This document shows positions 21,305-31,270 of a stretch of 64,000 bases of DNA, in pieces. Positions within the stretch are counted from its first letter, which is position 1; each line of letters opens with the position of its first letter. This DNA is from an uncultured Thiotrichales bacterium (lineage in GTDB: Bacteria > Pseudomonadota > Gammaproteobacteria > Francisellales > CACEW01): contig CAIQBE010000050.1 of assembly GCA_903870015.1 (NCBI GenBank), positions 15,984 through 79,983 on the forward strand, written 5' to 3'. The position numbers and the translations under genes are program-made. Below the pieces are notes generated by a model. That model had not been told where the DNA came from. It saw only the letters and a program-made list of their open reading frames with translations, and ran no database searches.

Positions 21305-22840
21305 CTAATCATGGGCCATCGCCATCTCAACACCACCCTTGTGCGGCTTCTTAATAAAAAACACAAACGGTATCAAAATAATAAAGCTCCACATGATAAA
21401 TTGAAACGCATTGGTAAAAGCCAGCATCTGTGACTGCATCGTTAAGGTCAACCCTAAAACCTGCAAACCCAAAGGACTATGAACATCCAAATGCATATGC
21501 TGCAAATACTGCCGCACCGCAGGATTATAGGGATTAATAAATCCGCCCAACTGATTCCACAAAATCTGCCCTTTGCGCGTATAAACGGTAATTACCAAAG
21601 AAATCCCTATGGAAGACCCCAAAGTTCGCAATAAACTAAACAAGCCCGAAGCCTCCGCCATAAACTTAGGAGCAATAGTAGCAAAAGCAATAATAGACAA
21701 AGAAACAAATATAAGACTAACGCCAAAACCCTGGAAAAACATTGGCCAAAGAATCGAAAAAAGATCAGAATCCAATGACAAATGCGTATAATGGTATATC
21801 CCAATCACATTCAACATAATGCCAATAATAATCAGATATCGAGGATCAAGACGATGACCATATTTCGCCATAAAAATCATACCCAACATACCACTCACAC
21901 CCCTAGGCGCCATGACTAAACCCGTCGTTAAAACCGGATAATTAAACAAGCCCTCCAACATCAGAGGCTGCACCACCATCACCCCAAACATGCCCAAGCC
22001 CATAATTGTAATCAATACATTCGCCAATACAAAGTTACGATCCTTAAAAACTCCTAAATCAAAAACAATACGCTTAGGCTTAAATACATTATGCACAATA
22101 AAAGCCAAAAGCCCACCGATACATAGCAAAAAGGAAATACGAATATCCCAGGCTCCAAACCAATCCTGCTCATTACCACGATCCAAAAAGTACTGCAAAG
22201 ATGCAATACTTAGTGAAAGAAACCCCAAACCCAACCAATCCATTGAGCGCTCTTTACGCGAAGTATCTGGAATCACACGCCATGCCAAAAGCAAAGCAAA
22301 AATCCCAAAGGGAACATTAACAAAAAAAGTCCAACGCCAATTAGCCACATCAGTCAAATAACCACCTAAAGTAGGCCCCAAAATGGGCCCAACCATGACA
22401 CCAGAACCCCAAATAGCCATGGCCACAGCACGCTTTTCCTTTGGAAAAACCCCTGTCAAAATAGCTTGCGACAAGGGCACCAGTGACGCACCAAACACAC
22501 CTTGCAGCAATCTAAACACCACAATTTGCAATAAGTTTTGCGACAAGCCACATAAAGCCGAAGAAACGGTAAAACCCAAAACAGAAATGAGTAAATAATT
22601 TCTCATTCCCAATTTATCAGTCAAATACCCTGTCAAAGGCATAAAAATAGCAGAAGCTACCAAATAACTCGTTAAGGTCCAGGTAATTTCATCGGGATTA
22701 GCGGCAAGCGAGCCTTGCATATAAGGCAAAGCAACATTAACAATCGTCATATCCAAAACTTGCATCAAGGTCGCCGTCATCACAGCAATAGAAATCAACA
22801 AGCGACGTAGCGAGGTAATATCTGAGCTTAATTCACTCAT
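21305..22840 (-). CDS. emrB: MFS drug-efflux transporter, DHA2 (EmrB/QacA) family
   Basis: 511 aa with a 14-TM pattern. MDMTIVNVALP and LTGYLTDKLGMR motifs. Confidence 0.85.
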   Translation of the reverse strand: MSELSSDITSLRRLLISIAVMTATLMQVLDMTIVNVALPYMQGSLAANPDEITWTLTSYLVASAIFMPLTGYLTDKLGMRNYLLISVLGFTVSSALCGLSQNLLQIVVFRLLQGVFGASLVPLSQAILTGVFPKEKRAVAMAIWGSGVMVGPILGPTLGGYLTDVANWRWTFFVNVPFGIFALLLAWRVIPDTSRKERSMDWLGLGFLSLSIASLQYFLDRGNEQDWFGAWDIRISFLLCIGGLLAFIVHNVFKPKRIVFDLGVFKDRNFVLANVLITIMGLGMFGVMVVQPLMLEGLFNYPVLTTGLVMAPRGVSGMLGMIFMAKYGHRLDPRYLIIIGIMLNVIGIYHYTHLSLDSDLFSILWPMFFQGFGVSLIFVSLSIIAFATIAPKFMAEASGLFSLLRTLGSSIGISLVITVYTRKGQILWNQLGGFINPYNPAVRQYLQHMHLDVHSPLGLQVLGLTLTMQSQMLAFTNAFQFIMWSFIILIPFVFFIKKPHKGGVEMAMAHD

Positions 22841-22843
22841 GAC

Positions 22844-23737
22844 CTACTCATGCGTCGGAATAACAACAACCGCACTCGTACCGACACGTAAAGGATATTG
22901 AGAATCAAGATCAAGCACATGTACTTTGACGGGAACCCGTTGCGTCACCTTCACCCAATTACCAGTAGCATTTTGAGGCGGTAATAAAGCAAAAGCATTA
23001 CCACTACCACCGCTAACACTCTCAACCACTCCTTGAAATACATGATCAGGATACATATCGACATAAATTTTTGCAGGCGCACCCACTTTAATACGCGCCA
23101 AATCAGTTTCTTTAAAATTAGCATCAACCCAAAAATAATCGCTGGCAATCAAGGCAAACTGGGGCTCATTGGCATTAACCGTGTCTCGAGGACGCAAGCT
23201 CATATTACTCACCCAACCATCAACAGGGGCTATCACGATAGTATATTGCAAATTTAACTGCGCTGTTTTGAGACTCGCCTGATCCAAAGCCACTAGAGCC
23301 TTCGCGCTATCAAGCTTCGCTAAATTATCATCATGATCTTGCTGTGACAAAACCCCTTCTTTCACCAAAGTAAAAACACGTTGCGCAGTAGCGCGGGCAT
23401 TGGCCAAATTGGCCTGATCAATGGCGAGTTGTGCCTCTGCTTGTTGCTCAACAGCAAGAAATGGGGCAGGATCCAAACGAAATAAGACATCACCCTTTTT
23501 AACAGCCTGATTATTCTGCACGTCCAACTCCAGGACTTGCCCAGTAACCCGTGCAGCAATTTGCACCACATTAGCATTCACATAAGAATCATCCGTGGAA
23601 ACCCTAGTTAAACTATAAATCCAATAACCAAGGGCAACCAAAGCTAGAACGATAAAAATTAAAGCCAAAGCTATGGTCTTTTTATAGTTAAATCCTTTGG
23701 CAGGAACGGGCGATGAAGCACTACTAGCATTTTCCAT
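22844..23737 (-). CDS. emrA: HlyD-family membrane fusion protein (EmrA-like)
   Basis: 297 aa. N-terminal TM anchor, STDDSYVNANVVQIAARVTG lipoyl-like motif, coiled-coil hairpin and C-terminal beta-barrel motif. Confidence 0.85.
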   Translation of the reverse strand: MENASSASSPVPAKGFNYKKTIALALIFIVLALVALGYWIYSLTRVSTDDSYVNANVVQIAARVTGQVLELDVQNNQAVKKGDVLFRLDPAPFLAVEQQAEAQLAIDQANLANARATAQRVFTLVKEGVLSQQDHDDNLAKLDSAKALVALDQASLKTAQLNLQYTIVIAPVDGWVSNMSLRPRDTVNANEPQFALIASDYFWVDANFKETDLARIKVGAPAKIYVDMYPDHVFQGVVESVSGGSGNAFALLPPQNATGNWVKVTQRVPVKVHVLDLDSQYPLRVGTSAVVVIPTHE

Positions 23738-23754
23738 AAGACAAACCCGTTTTT

Positions 23755-24738
23755 TTATAATGAGTACAATGCACTTTTTTGAACAATAGCAACATAGTAC
23801 ACACCGCGATCGCCTTCGACAAGCTCAACCTCATGCAAATAAGGAGCCCAATCCTCTAAAGACCACGTCTCATTATAATAAGGGTAAAAAAAAGGCAATT
23901 TTTTACGCGCATTAATTTGCTCTAAAATTGCCAAACCTTCAGGCGTGGGCTGCTCATTATAAACCTGCTCTGCCATCAAGGCTGCATCAACAGCTGAAAC
24001 ATCATCTCTGATCATCATCCATGATACCACGCCCTGTTCATTTTTTAACAAAAAATTAACGGCATGATCCCACAAATAAAATTCCTTGATTTTTAATCTT
24101 TTAAGCGCACCTAAAAAAAACGAACTGAAAAAGCGATTATCTGACAAACAATGAGTAAATTTTCTATCACGCGGCACCATGCTATCAAAAATCAACCGCG
24201 ATAAATCTTGAAAATACGCAAACTGTAACTCAAACACACTTTTTTCAATCACGGCAAATAAATCTGGATCACTCTTTAAAATAAAGCGATCAATCAGACC
24301 ATCATTAAATGCGCTGACCGCAATCGTATAATCTGCCTCACCCGTAAGCAAAATTTTCTTCATCGGCAAATCACGAATTTCTTGACAAAACTCAAGACCG
24401 GTCATACCAGGCATAGCATAATCAATGATGATCACGGTAACTTGCTTGCCATGCTCAACACTATTGATTTCTTCGCGAATTTTACTTAAATCAATTTCCA
24501 AGCTACGTTTATCATGATGACTAATATCAAAAGTCTCATGACTACTGGCCACACGCTTAGTAAAAAAATCAGGTTTATATTGACGCAGCACCTCCAAAGC
24601 TTGAGCAGGTGCTGTAAAAAACTCAGACAAACCCAAGCCAATTAACTGCACAGATAACCATTGACTAAGACTAGGATCGTCATCAACAACAAGGGTAGTT
24701 GTAGGATGAAAACAGAAGGGAATCATTTGTTTAGCCAT
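23755..24738 (-). CDS. atypical response regulator: receiver domain with a ~45-aa insertion plus a ~190-aa C-terminal domain of unknown function (LqsR-like?)
   Basis: Receiver residues are present: LVVDDDPS, IIIDYAMPGMTG (acceptor Asp), LLTGEAD (T), FILKS (K). The acidic pair and the acceptor Asp are about 85 residues apart instead of about 45. There is no recognisable DNA-binding output. Only a 17-nt gap separates it from emrA. The start is uncertain (TTG 24744, ATG 24738 or ATG 24726). Confidence 0.7.
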   Translation of the reverse strand: MAKQMIPFCFHPTTTLVVDDDPSLSQWLSVQLIGLGLSEFFTAPAQALEVLRQYKPDFFTKRVASSHETFDISHHDKRSLEIDLSKIREEINSVEHGKQVTVIIIDYAMPGMTGLEFCQEIRDLPMKKILLTGEADYTIAVSAFNDGLIDRFILKSDPDLFAVIEKSVFELQFAYFQDLSRLIFDSMVPRDRKFTHCLSDNRFFSSFFLGALKRLKIKEFYLWDHAVNFLLKNEQGVVSWMMIRDDVSAVDAALMAEQVYNEQPTPEGLAILEQINARKKLPFFYPYYNETWSLEDWAPYLHEVELVEGDRGVYYVAIVQKSALYSL

Positions 24739-24816
24739 GAACAATACCAGGAATTTATACTTAGGTCAGATCATACCAAAAGTTCAAAACAAATACTAGA
24801 TAGAGCCCACCCCCTA

Positions 24817-25668
24817 TCACAACACTAATTTTTTTAAATAATCCCGCCATACCCCACCGCATTCAGGGTGTTTTAAACCCAAATGTAAATTCGCCTTAAG
24901 ATAACCCAACTTATCACCACAATCATAACGCACCCCCGAAAATTGATGCGCATAAATCGGATACTCCGCTAACAATTTAGCAATCGCATCAGTCAACTGA
25001 ATTTCACCTCCGGCGCCTTTCTGGGTCATTTCTAAGTACTTAAAGACTTGGGGCGGCAAAAGATAACGACCAACGACAGCAAGATTTGAAGGAGCATTTT
25101 CGGGCTTGGGTTTTTCTACCAATTCTTGGACACGCGCATTTTGATCAGCCACCAAAATACCATAGTTCTGCGTTTCATTTTTAGGTACCTGCTGGACCGC
25201 AAGCATACCTTTCGCATTTTTCGCCTGCATCGCTACAATCATTTCGGTCAAGCAGGGACCATCAATTAAATCATCGGCCAACAAAATCGCAAAAGGCTCA
25301 TCCCCAATTAAATCACGGGCACACAAGACGGCATGCCCCAACCCCAGCGCCTCTTTCTGACGAATATAAATACAATTCACCCCCACAGGTATAATATTTT
25401 GGACCTGCTCTAATAAATCCAGCTTCGCTTTTTCTCGCAGCTTCATTTCAAGCTCATAATTTTGGTCAAAATGATCTTCAATGGCTCGCTTAGCACTGCT
25501 CGTCACAAAAATAAGATCCGTAATACCTGCACGCACAGACTCTTCAACTGCATATTGAATCAGTGGTTTATCAACCACCGGCATCATTTCCTTAGGAGTG
25601 GCTTTGGTGGCTGGCAAAAAGCGCGTGCCCAAACCAGCCACTGGAAAAATAGCCTTGGTAACTTTCAT
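24817..25668 (-). CDS. galU: UTP-glucose-1-phosphate uridylyltransferase
   Basis: 283 aa. [24 protein letters not shown] and VEKP motifs. Confidence 0.93.
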   Translation of the reverse strand: MKVTKAIFPVAGLGTRFLPATKATPKEMMPVVDKPLIQYAVEESVRAGITDLIFVTSSAKRAIEDHFDQNYELEMKLREKAKLDLLEQVQNIIPVGVNCIYIRQKEALGLGHAVLCARDLIGDEPFAILLADDLIDGPCLTEMIVAMQAKNAKGMLAVQQVPKNETQNYGILVADQNARVQELVEKPKPENAPSNLAVVGRYLLPPQVFKYLEMTQKGAGGEIQLTDAIAKLLAEYPIYAHQFSGVRYDCGDKLGYLKANLHLGLKHPECGGVWRDYLKKLVL

Positions 25669-25677
25669 GGTAAACTC

Positions 25678-26610
25678 CTAATTTGCTGAATCTATCTTGG
25701 GCGCACTAATAGGTTTCATCGGCCCAACAGGTTTGAGCGCTGAGGGCGCCGGCAAATACAATAATGGGTTTACAGGACTGCCAAATTTACGCACCTCAAA
25801 ATGCACGAGAGGTGCATTATTAATACGACCACTCAAAGCTATCGCTTGACCTTGAGTAATTTTTTGCCCCTGAGTCACTAAAATACTCGAAAGGTCCGTA
25901 TAAGCCGTTAAAAAATTATTATCATGCTTGATGATAATCATCTTGCCATAGCCTTCAGCTCCCTCACCACTAAAAATCACCTGACCATTGGCTGCTGCCA
26001 ATACCTGACTATTAATAGGAATACTAATTTGCATACCACGCGCCAATAGACCATTACCTTCACCAAAAGCCTCTATCACCGAACCAGTAACCGGCCAAGC
26101 CCAGGTAACACCATCGCTCAGCTGCGTATTGGTGGTATTAACCTTAAGGCCATCAACCGTAGCATGCCCACCCGATTGCACAGGCACTGCACTTTCAACC
26201 ACAGCAGCTGTTGGTGCTACTTTAGGCGCTGCACTACCATATTGAGACAAATCTAAAGTCTGCCCCTGTAGCGCCGAAGGCGAGGCTACCGACTGCACAG
26301 TGGTTTTACTCACATTATTAATTTGAGTGCGAGCTGGCAAACCCTGACCAACAGTGCTCGCCGCATGATGATGCTTAGGGCCATGGCCGACATATAAAAC
26401 CTCACCCACTTTTAAGATATAGGGATACTGTAAGTTGTTTTGGCGCGCGAGCGTTTGGTAATCTAAATTATAGGTGGCTGCAATTTTTGATAAAGTATCA
26501 CCATGCTGAACCGCATAATAGCCAGGTTGATTCACAGGCTCCATCATGGCACAACCTGAAAGCATAGCCAAGTTAAAACTCAAATACAAATACAATGCTA
26601 ATTTTTTCAT
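25678..26610 (-). CDS. nlpD: LysM/M23 peptidase-family lipoprotein NlpD
   Basis: Lipobox LSGC after MKKLALYLYLSFNLAM (start moved to ATG 26610). LysM (YAVQHGDTLSKIA). C-terminal M23 domain (GMQISIP..., HFEVRKFGSPVNP). Lies after surE. Confidence 0.85.
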   Translation of the reverse strand: MKKLALYLYLSFNLAMLSGCAMMEPVNQPGYYAVQHGDTLSKIAATYNLDYQTLARQNNLQYPYILKVGEVLYVGHGPKHHHAASTVGQGLPARTQINNVSKTTVQSVASPSALQGQTLDLSQYGSAAPKVAPTAAVVESAVPVQSGGHATVDGLKVNTTNTQLSDGVTWAWPVTGSVIEAFGEGNGLLARGMQISIPINSQVLAAANGQVIFSGEGAEGYGKMIIIKHDNNFLTAYTDLSSILVTQGQKITQGQAIALSGRINNAPLVHFEVRKFGSPVNPLLYLPAPSALKPVGPMKPISAPKIDSAN

Positions 26611-26648
26611 TTTTACATCTCCTTTTTTTTTTACAGAAAAACCCCTGC

Positions 26649-27401
26649 TTAAACGACCCACTCTTTTAAATCATTCAAATGCCGATGCGAGGTTAAATCA
26701 ATCTGCAAAGGGGTAATCGAAACTTGCTTATTATGCACCGCATGAAAATCCGTACCCGGGCTATCATCTTTAATTTTACCGGTATCGCCAATCCAATAAA
26801 TTCTACGCCCTCGACCATCTTCAGCGGGAATAATCGGCTCACCATAATGACGATCTCCCAAGCGCGTAATTTGTGTCCCCTGCAATTCATCATAAGGAAC
26901 GCTTGGAACATTGACGTTTAAAACTAGACCAGACTCAAATGGCTTTCTACGTAATTTTTTCACTAAATCAATCGCTACCTGACCAGCGGTTTCATAATGC
27001 ATATGATCACTGCTAGATCCGGCAGATGAAATTGCAATAGGAGGATATTTTAAAAAGCGACCTTCGGTAGCACCCCCAACAGTCCCGGAATAAATAACAT
27101 TATCCCCCATATTATCTCCAGCATTGATGCCCGAGATGACCATATCGGGAATATTATCCAAAAATCCACTCAAAGCTAAACGAATACAATCGGCAGGAGT
27201 ACCATTCATCTGCCACCAGCCTGAGCCTGAGGGTGTTCTCATAATACGCAAAGGCTTTTCTAAAGTTAAGGCACTGCTAATCCCACTACGATTTTGATCA
27301 GGTGCAATCACAGTGACTTCTGCAATAGTTTGCAACGCTGCGACTAAAGCATAAATACCAGGAGCAAAAGCGCCATCATCATTGGTTACTAAAATATGCA
27401 C
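26649..27401 (-). CDS. surE: 5'/3'-nucleotidase SurE
   Basis: 250 aa. MHILVTNDDGAFAPGI and SGINAGDNMG motifs. Confidence 0.93.
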   Translation of the reverse strand: MHILVTNDDGAFAPGIYALVAALQTIAEVTVIAPDQNRSGISSALTLEKPLRIMRTPSGSGWWQMNGTPADCIRLALSGFLDNIPDMVISGINAGDNMGDNVIYSGTVGGATEGRFLKYPPIAISSAGSSSDHMHYETAGQVAIDLVKKLRRKPFESGLVLNVNVPSVPYDELQGTQITRLGDRHYGEPIIPAEDGRGRRIYWIGDTGKIKDDSPGTDFHAVHNKQVSITPLQIDLTSHRHLNDLKEWVV

Positions 27402-27422
27402 GTTCTATTCCTTATGTTGTAA

Positions 27423-29786
27423 TTAGGTTCTCAATACCACGCCAAGCTTGCTTTGCAACGCCTGCATAACCTGCTGCACGTATGAATCGACTTCATTATC
27501 CACTAAAGTATGATCAGTATGCTGTAAAACTAAGGCAATGGCTAGACTCTTATAATTTTTTGCCACATGCTCGCCTTGATAAACATCAAAGACAAAAACA
27601 TCACTTAATAAATCTCCAGGGACGGCAGCAATCACATCCAGTAACGCTTGTGCTGAATGTACCTCTGGCACGACCAAAGCCAAATCTCGACGAATACCCG
27701 GAAACTTGGAAATACTCACAGCCTCTGGGAATCTTGCTTTAGAAAGCGCCGCTAACTGCACTTCAAAAACCAAGGGAACAAACTTGATATCAAACGCACT
27801 TTGACAAGCAGGATGGAGCGCGCCCACATACCCGACACACTGATCCTGAACAAAAATAGCAACACCTTGGCCTGGATGAATAAAGCTGGGCAAATCTTGA
27901 TTCTTAAATCGAACATCCTCTATATGTAAAAACTCAAACAAAGCCTCAAGCAAGCCTTTAGCATCATAAAAATCTACTCGCTCTGCCGTAAGCCAACTTT
28001 GCGGCTCACGCGCACCATAAAGCAAACCCGCAAGCACAGGAGTTTCATGGGCATCATAAATACGCCCGAGCTCAAAAATACGCACCGTATCCACTTGGCG
28101 GCGCTCGTTGTATTGCAAAATTTTAAGGAGACTCGGAATCACCGACAAACGCATCTCACTTAAATCACTGCTGATAGGATTTTTTAAAACTTGCGCTATG
28201 CGCCCTTCTTTAAAATGTTCATGTTCTTTTGCATCGATAAAACTAAAGGAGATGACCTCACGCAGACCACGCGCACATAAAAAGTTTTTAAGGGTTTCAC
28301 GGGTATTGTAAATTTCTTTATGCGGACTTACGACCAAAGGAAACGCAGGAACTTGGGGGGTAATATTGTCATAGCCATAAACCCGGGCAATTTCCTCGAT
28401 TAAATCCTCAGGAATCTTTAAGTCAAAGCGCCAACTAGGAGTTTGAACTTTTATGCTTTTGCTATCTTCCGCTAAAATTTCACAACCCACAGCACTTAGA
28501 ATTTTACTAATGTCTGCTGGTGCAATACTCACACCTAAAAGTCTTTCCAAATGCGCATAATTTAAAGCAATAGGAACGAGCGTAGGTAAATGTGCTGAAT
28601 GAGCCACCTCCACAACGGGACCTGCTGCCCCACCACAAATTGCTAAAATCAGCTCAGTCGCTAACTCTAAAGCCTTTGTTGAAAGCTCAGGGTCAACTCC
28701 GCGTTCAAAACGATGTGACGCATCGGTATGCAACCCAAAATGACGTGCACGTCCGGCAATAAAGTCAGGGGCAAAAAAGGCTGACTCTAATAAAATATTC
28801 GTACTAGTAACCTCAATTTCAGAATTTTTACCGCCCATAATGCCAGCCATTGCCACAGTTTTTACACCATCAGCAATCACTAAAAATTTTGGCGTTAACG
28901 TAACTACCATATCATTAAGCAATTCTAAAGTTTCTTGGTCTTTGGCAAAACGCACCTGAAGATCACCCTCTATTTTTTGCAAATCAAAGCCATGCATCGG
29001 CTGACCTAAAAGCAACATGACATAATTGAGAATATCAACAACGGGGGAGATACTGCGAATACCTGCATGATTGAGATAAGTCGTAATCTGCGCTGGCATT
29101 TTGGCTTGATTATTAATACCTTTGAGCACACGCGCACCATAACGTGGACAAGCCTCAGAGGCAATAACAGCAACATTAACTTTATCAGTCAGCATTGGGT
29201 TAACATTAGTAATCTTAGGTAACGTAATTGCCATGTTATTTTTAAGCGCCACCTCCCGCGCAAGACCCAAGACACTTAAACAATCACCGCGATTAGGGGT
29301 CAAACTAATATCAATAACGACATCATCCAAGCCCAAATAAGCGCGAACATCTGCGCCAATAGGCGCATCAGACGCCAACTCTAAAATACCCTCCATCGTC
29401 TTAGGCAACCCCATTTCATTTTCAGCGCAAAGCATTCCCTGAGATAAGACACCACGAAGCTTGGCCTCTTTAATTTTAAAATCACCTGGCAAAACAGCGC
29501 CAACAGTAGCCACAGCAACACGAATGCCTGCACGCGCATTGGGAGCACCGCAAACAATATTAAGCAATTCTTTGGCGCCGACATTCACTTGACACACGCG
29601 CAAGCGATCAGCATCCGGATGTTGCACGGCTGATACAACCTCACCCACAACCACGCTAGTAAAAGGCGGCGCCAAAGGCGTCGCTGCATCAATCTCCAAT
29701 CCCAACAACGTCAATTGCTCACATAAAGTCGCGCTATCCACATTTGGATTAACTAAAGTACGTAACCATGATTCTGTCACTTTCAT
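27423..29786 (-). CDS. pheT: phenylalanine-tRNA ligase beta subunit
   Basis: 787 aa. N-terminal tRNA-binding domain (MKVTESWLR..., HPDADRLRVCQV), plus B3/4, B5 and FDX-ACB regions. Confidence 0.95.
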   Translation of the reverse strand: MKVTESWLRTLVNPNVDSATLCEQLTLLGLEIDAATPLAPPFTSVVVGEVVSAVQHPDADRLRVCQVNVGAKELLNIVCGAPNARAGIRVAVATVGAVLPGDFKIKEAKLRGVLSQGMLCAENEMGLPKTMEGILELASDAPIGADVRAYLGLDDVVIDISLTPNRGDCLSVLGLAREVALKNNMAITLPKITNVNPMLTDKVNVAVIASEACPRYGARVLKGINNQAKMPAQITTYLNHAGIRSISPVVDILNYVMLLLGQPMHGFDLQKIEGDLQVRFAKDQETLELLNDMVVTLTPKFLVIADGVKTVAMAGIMGGKNSEIEVTSTNILLESAFFAPDFIAGRARHFGLHTDASHRFERGVDPELSTKALELATELILAICGGAAGPVVEVAHSAHLPTLVPIALNYAHLERLLGVSIAPADISKILSAVGCEILAEDSKSIKVQTPSWRFDLKIPEDLIEEIARVYGYDNITPQVPAFPLVVSPHKEIYNTRETLKNFLCARGLREVISFSFIDAKEHEHFKEGRIAQVLKNPISSDLSEMRLSVIPSLLKILQYNERRQVDTVRIFELGRIYDAHETPVLAGLLYGAREPQSWLTAERVDFYDAKGLLEALFEFLHIEDVRFKNQDLPSFIHPGQGVAIFVQDQCVGYVGALHPACQSAFDIKFVPLVFEVQLAALSKARFPEAVSISKFPGIRRDLALVVPEVHSAQALLDVIAAVPGDLLSDVFVFDVYQGEHVAKNYKSLAIALVLQHTDHTLVDNEVDSYVQQVMQALQSKLGVVLRT

Positions 29787-29789
29787 TTT

Positions 29790-30791
29790 CTAAAACCCCT
29801 TCAAAAAGCGCATATCATTCTCATACAACATGCGTAAATCAGTGATGCCATAACGCACCATGGTCAAGCGCTCCAAACCCAAACCAAAGGCCAAGCCTTG
29901 ATATCTTGAGGAATCAATACCAACATTTTTTAACACATTAGGATGAACCATCCCACAACCCAAAACCTCTAACCAACGGTTATTAAACCAAACATCGACC
30001 TCAGCAGAAGGCTCTGTAAATGGAAAAAATGAAGGGCGAAAACGCACTCTAACCTCTTTCTCAAAAAAATCCTGAAGAAATAATTGCAACAAGCCTTTAA
30101 GATTAGCAAAGTTGACCTGCTCATCCACCCATAAACCTTCAACCTGATGAAACATGGGCGTATGGGTTTGATCAGAATCACAGCGATACACACGCCCTGG
30201 AGCAATTAAGCGAATAGGCCCTGGCTGTTTTTGCATTTCGCGAATCTGCACATTAGACGTATGTGTACGCAATAAACGTCCATCACTAAAATAAAAAGTA
30301 TCGTGCGAAGCGCGTGCTGGATGATTTTCTGGAATATTCAGCGCACTAAAATTATGAAACTCATCCTCAAGTTCAGGCCCCTCTGCCACCGAAAAACCCG
30401 CCAACTCAAAAAACTTGGTAATGCGCGCCAATGAGCGTGAGATAGGATGCAAGCCAGAGGCAGTATTATGACGCCCCGATAAACTCACATCAATACGCTC
30501 CTGCTCCAAACGCACCTGCAAACCCGCCTCGGCTAATATCTGTTCTTTTTCCTCAAATAAAGCCGTAAGCTCAGCCTTCACATCATTGACTAACTGCCCC
30601 ACTTCCCGGCGTACGTCAGGCGCAACCTGGCCTAAACCCTTTAAAATCTCAGTCAACTGGCCTTTTTTACCCAACAAAGTCACTTTATAATCATAAAGCG
30701 CCTGCGGATGATTAAGATCCTTGATGCTGGCACGCGCAGCGGCCAATAGTTCATTTAAATCTTGTTGCACACTAAAGCCCATTTTATTCAT
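29790..30791 (-). CDS. pheS: phenylalanine-tRNA ligase alpha subunit
   Basis: Class II motifs (FRPSFFPFTEPS, GLAFGLGLERL). Start moved to ATG 30791 (MNKMGF...), because the 34-codon upstream extension looks non-coding. Confidence 0.93.
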   Translation of the reverse strand: MNKMGFSVQQDLNELLAAARASIKDLNHPQALYDYKVTLLGKKGQLTEILKGLGQVAPDVRREVGQLVNDVKAELTALFEEKEQILAEAGLQVRLEQERIDVSLSGRHNTASGLHPISRSLARITKFFELAGFSVAEGPELEDEFHNFSALNIPENHPARASHDTFYFSDGRLLRTHTSNVQIREMQKQPGPIRLIAPGRVYRCDSDQTHTPMFHQVEGLWVDEQVNFANLKGLLQLFLQDFFEKEVRVRFRPSFFPFTEPSAEVDVWFNNRWLEVLGCGMVHPNVLKNVGIDSSRYQGLAFGLGLERLTMVRYGITDLRMLYENDMRFLKGF

Positions 30792-30942
30792 GATCGAATA
30801 GCGCCTATAATATAGAATTTTCTTGATTTCGGCAACGATAATAGCTATAATGCCCGAGCCTCGTAAAACCAGGCAGAATTTAGCCTTTCTCAACCATCAA
30901 TGGGTTTGGCCTTTTTAACTTACAATTTGATTGGAGCACATT

Positions 30943-31212
30943 ATGTCATTAGATCGCGATACCTCTGCACGTATTATTAAAGAATTTCAGTTAAGCCCAA
31001 ATGATACTGGCTCACCTGAAGTACAAATCGCTTTATTGAGCGCGCGCATTAACCAACTCTCAACCCACTTTGCAGCACACAAACAAGACATTCATTCACG
31101 TCGCGGCCTATTGCGCATGGTGAGTGCACGTCGTACATTACTTGATTACCTAAAACGCAAAGATCAACAACGCTACCAGCAAACCCTTGCGCGTTTAGAT
31201 TTACGTAAGTAA
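30943..31212 (+). CDS. rpsO: 30S ribosomal protein S15
   Basis: 89 aa from ATG 30943. [21 protein letters not shown]...HSRRGLL. Confidence 0.95.
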   Translation: MSLDRDTSARIIKEFQLSPNDTGSPEVQIALLSARINQLSTHFAAHKQDIHSRRGLLRMVSARRTLLDYLKRKDQQRYQQTLARLDLRK

Positions 31213-31270
31213 TCAAAATCATCTTCTGAATCCCGTAAAAAATAACGGTATTTAAAAAAGGAATCGACTT

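Noticed and set aside
29790-30893. Long N-terminal extensions in the ORF track (pheS 30893; also ubiH 11335, nlpD 26661, MFS 59236, yciB 33441, rpsO 30931, GT-C 16224, manC 19103)
   Set aside because: In each case an internal ATG aligns with the conserved family N-terminus, often with a better RBS or lipobox. The extension would overlap a neighbouring gene or add non-homologous residues.
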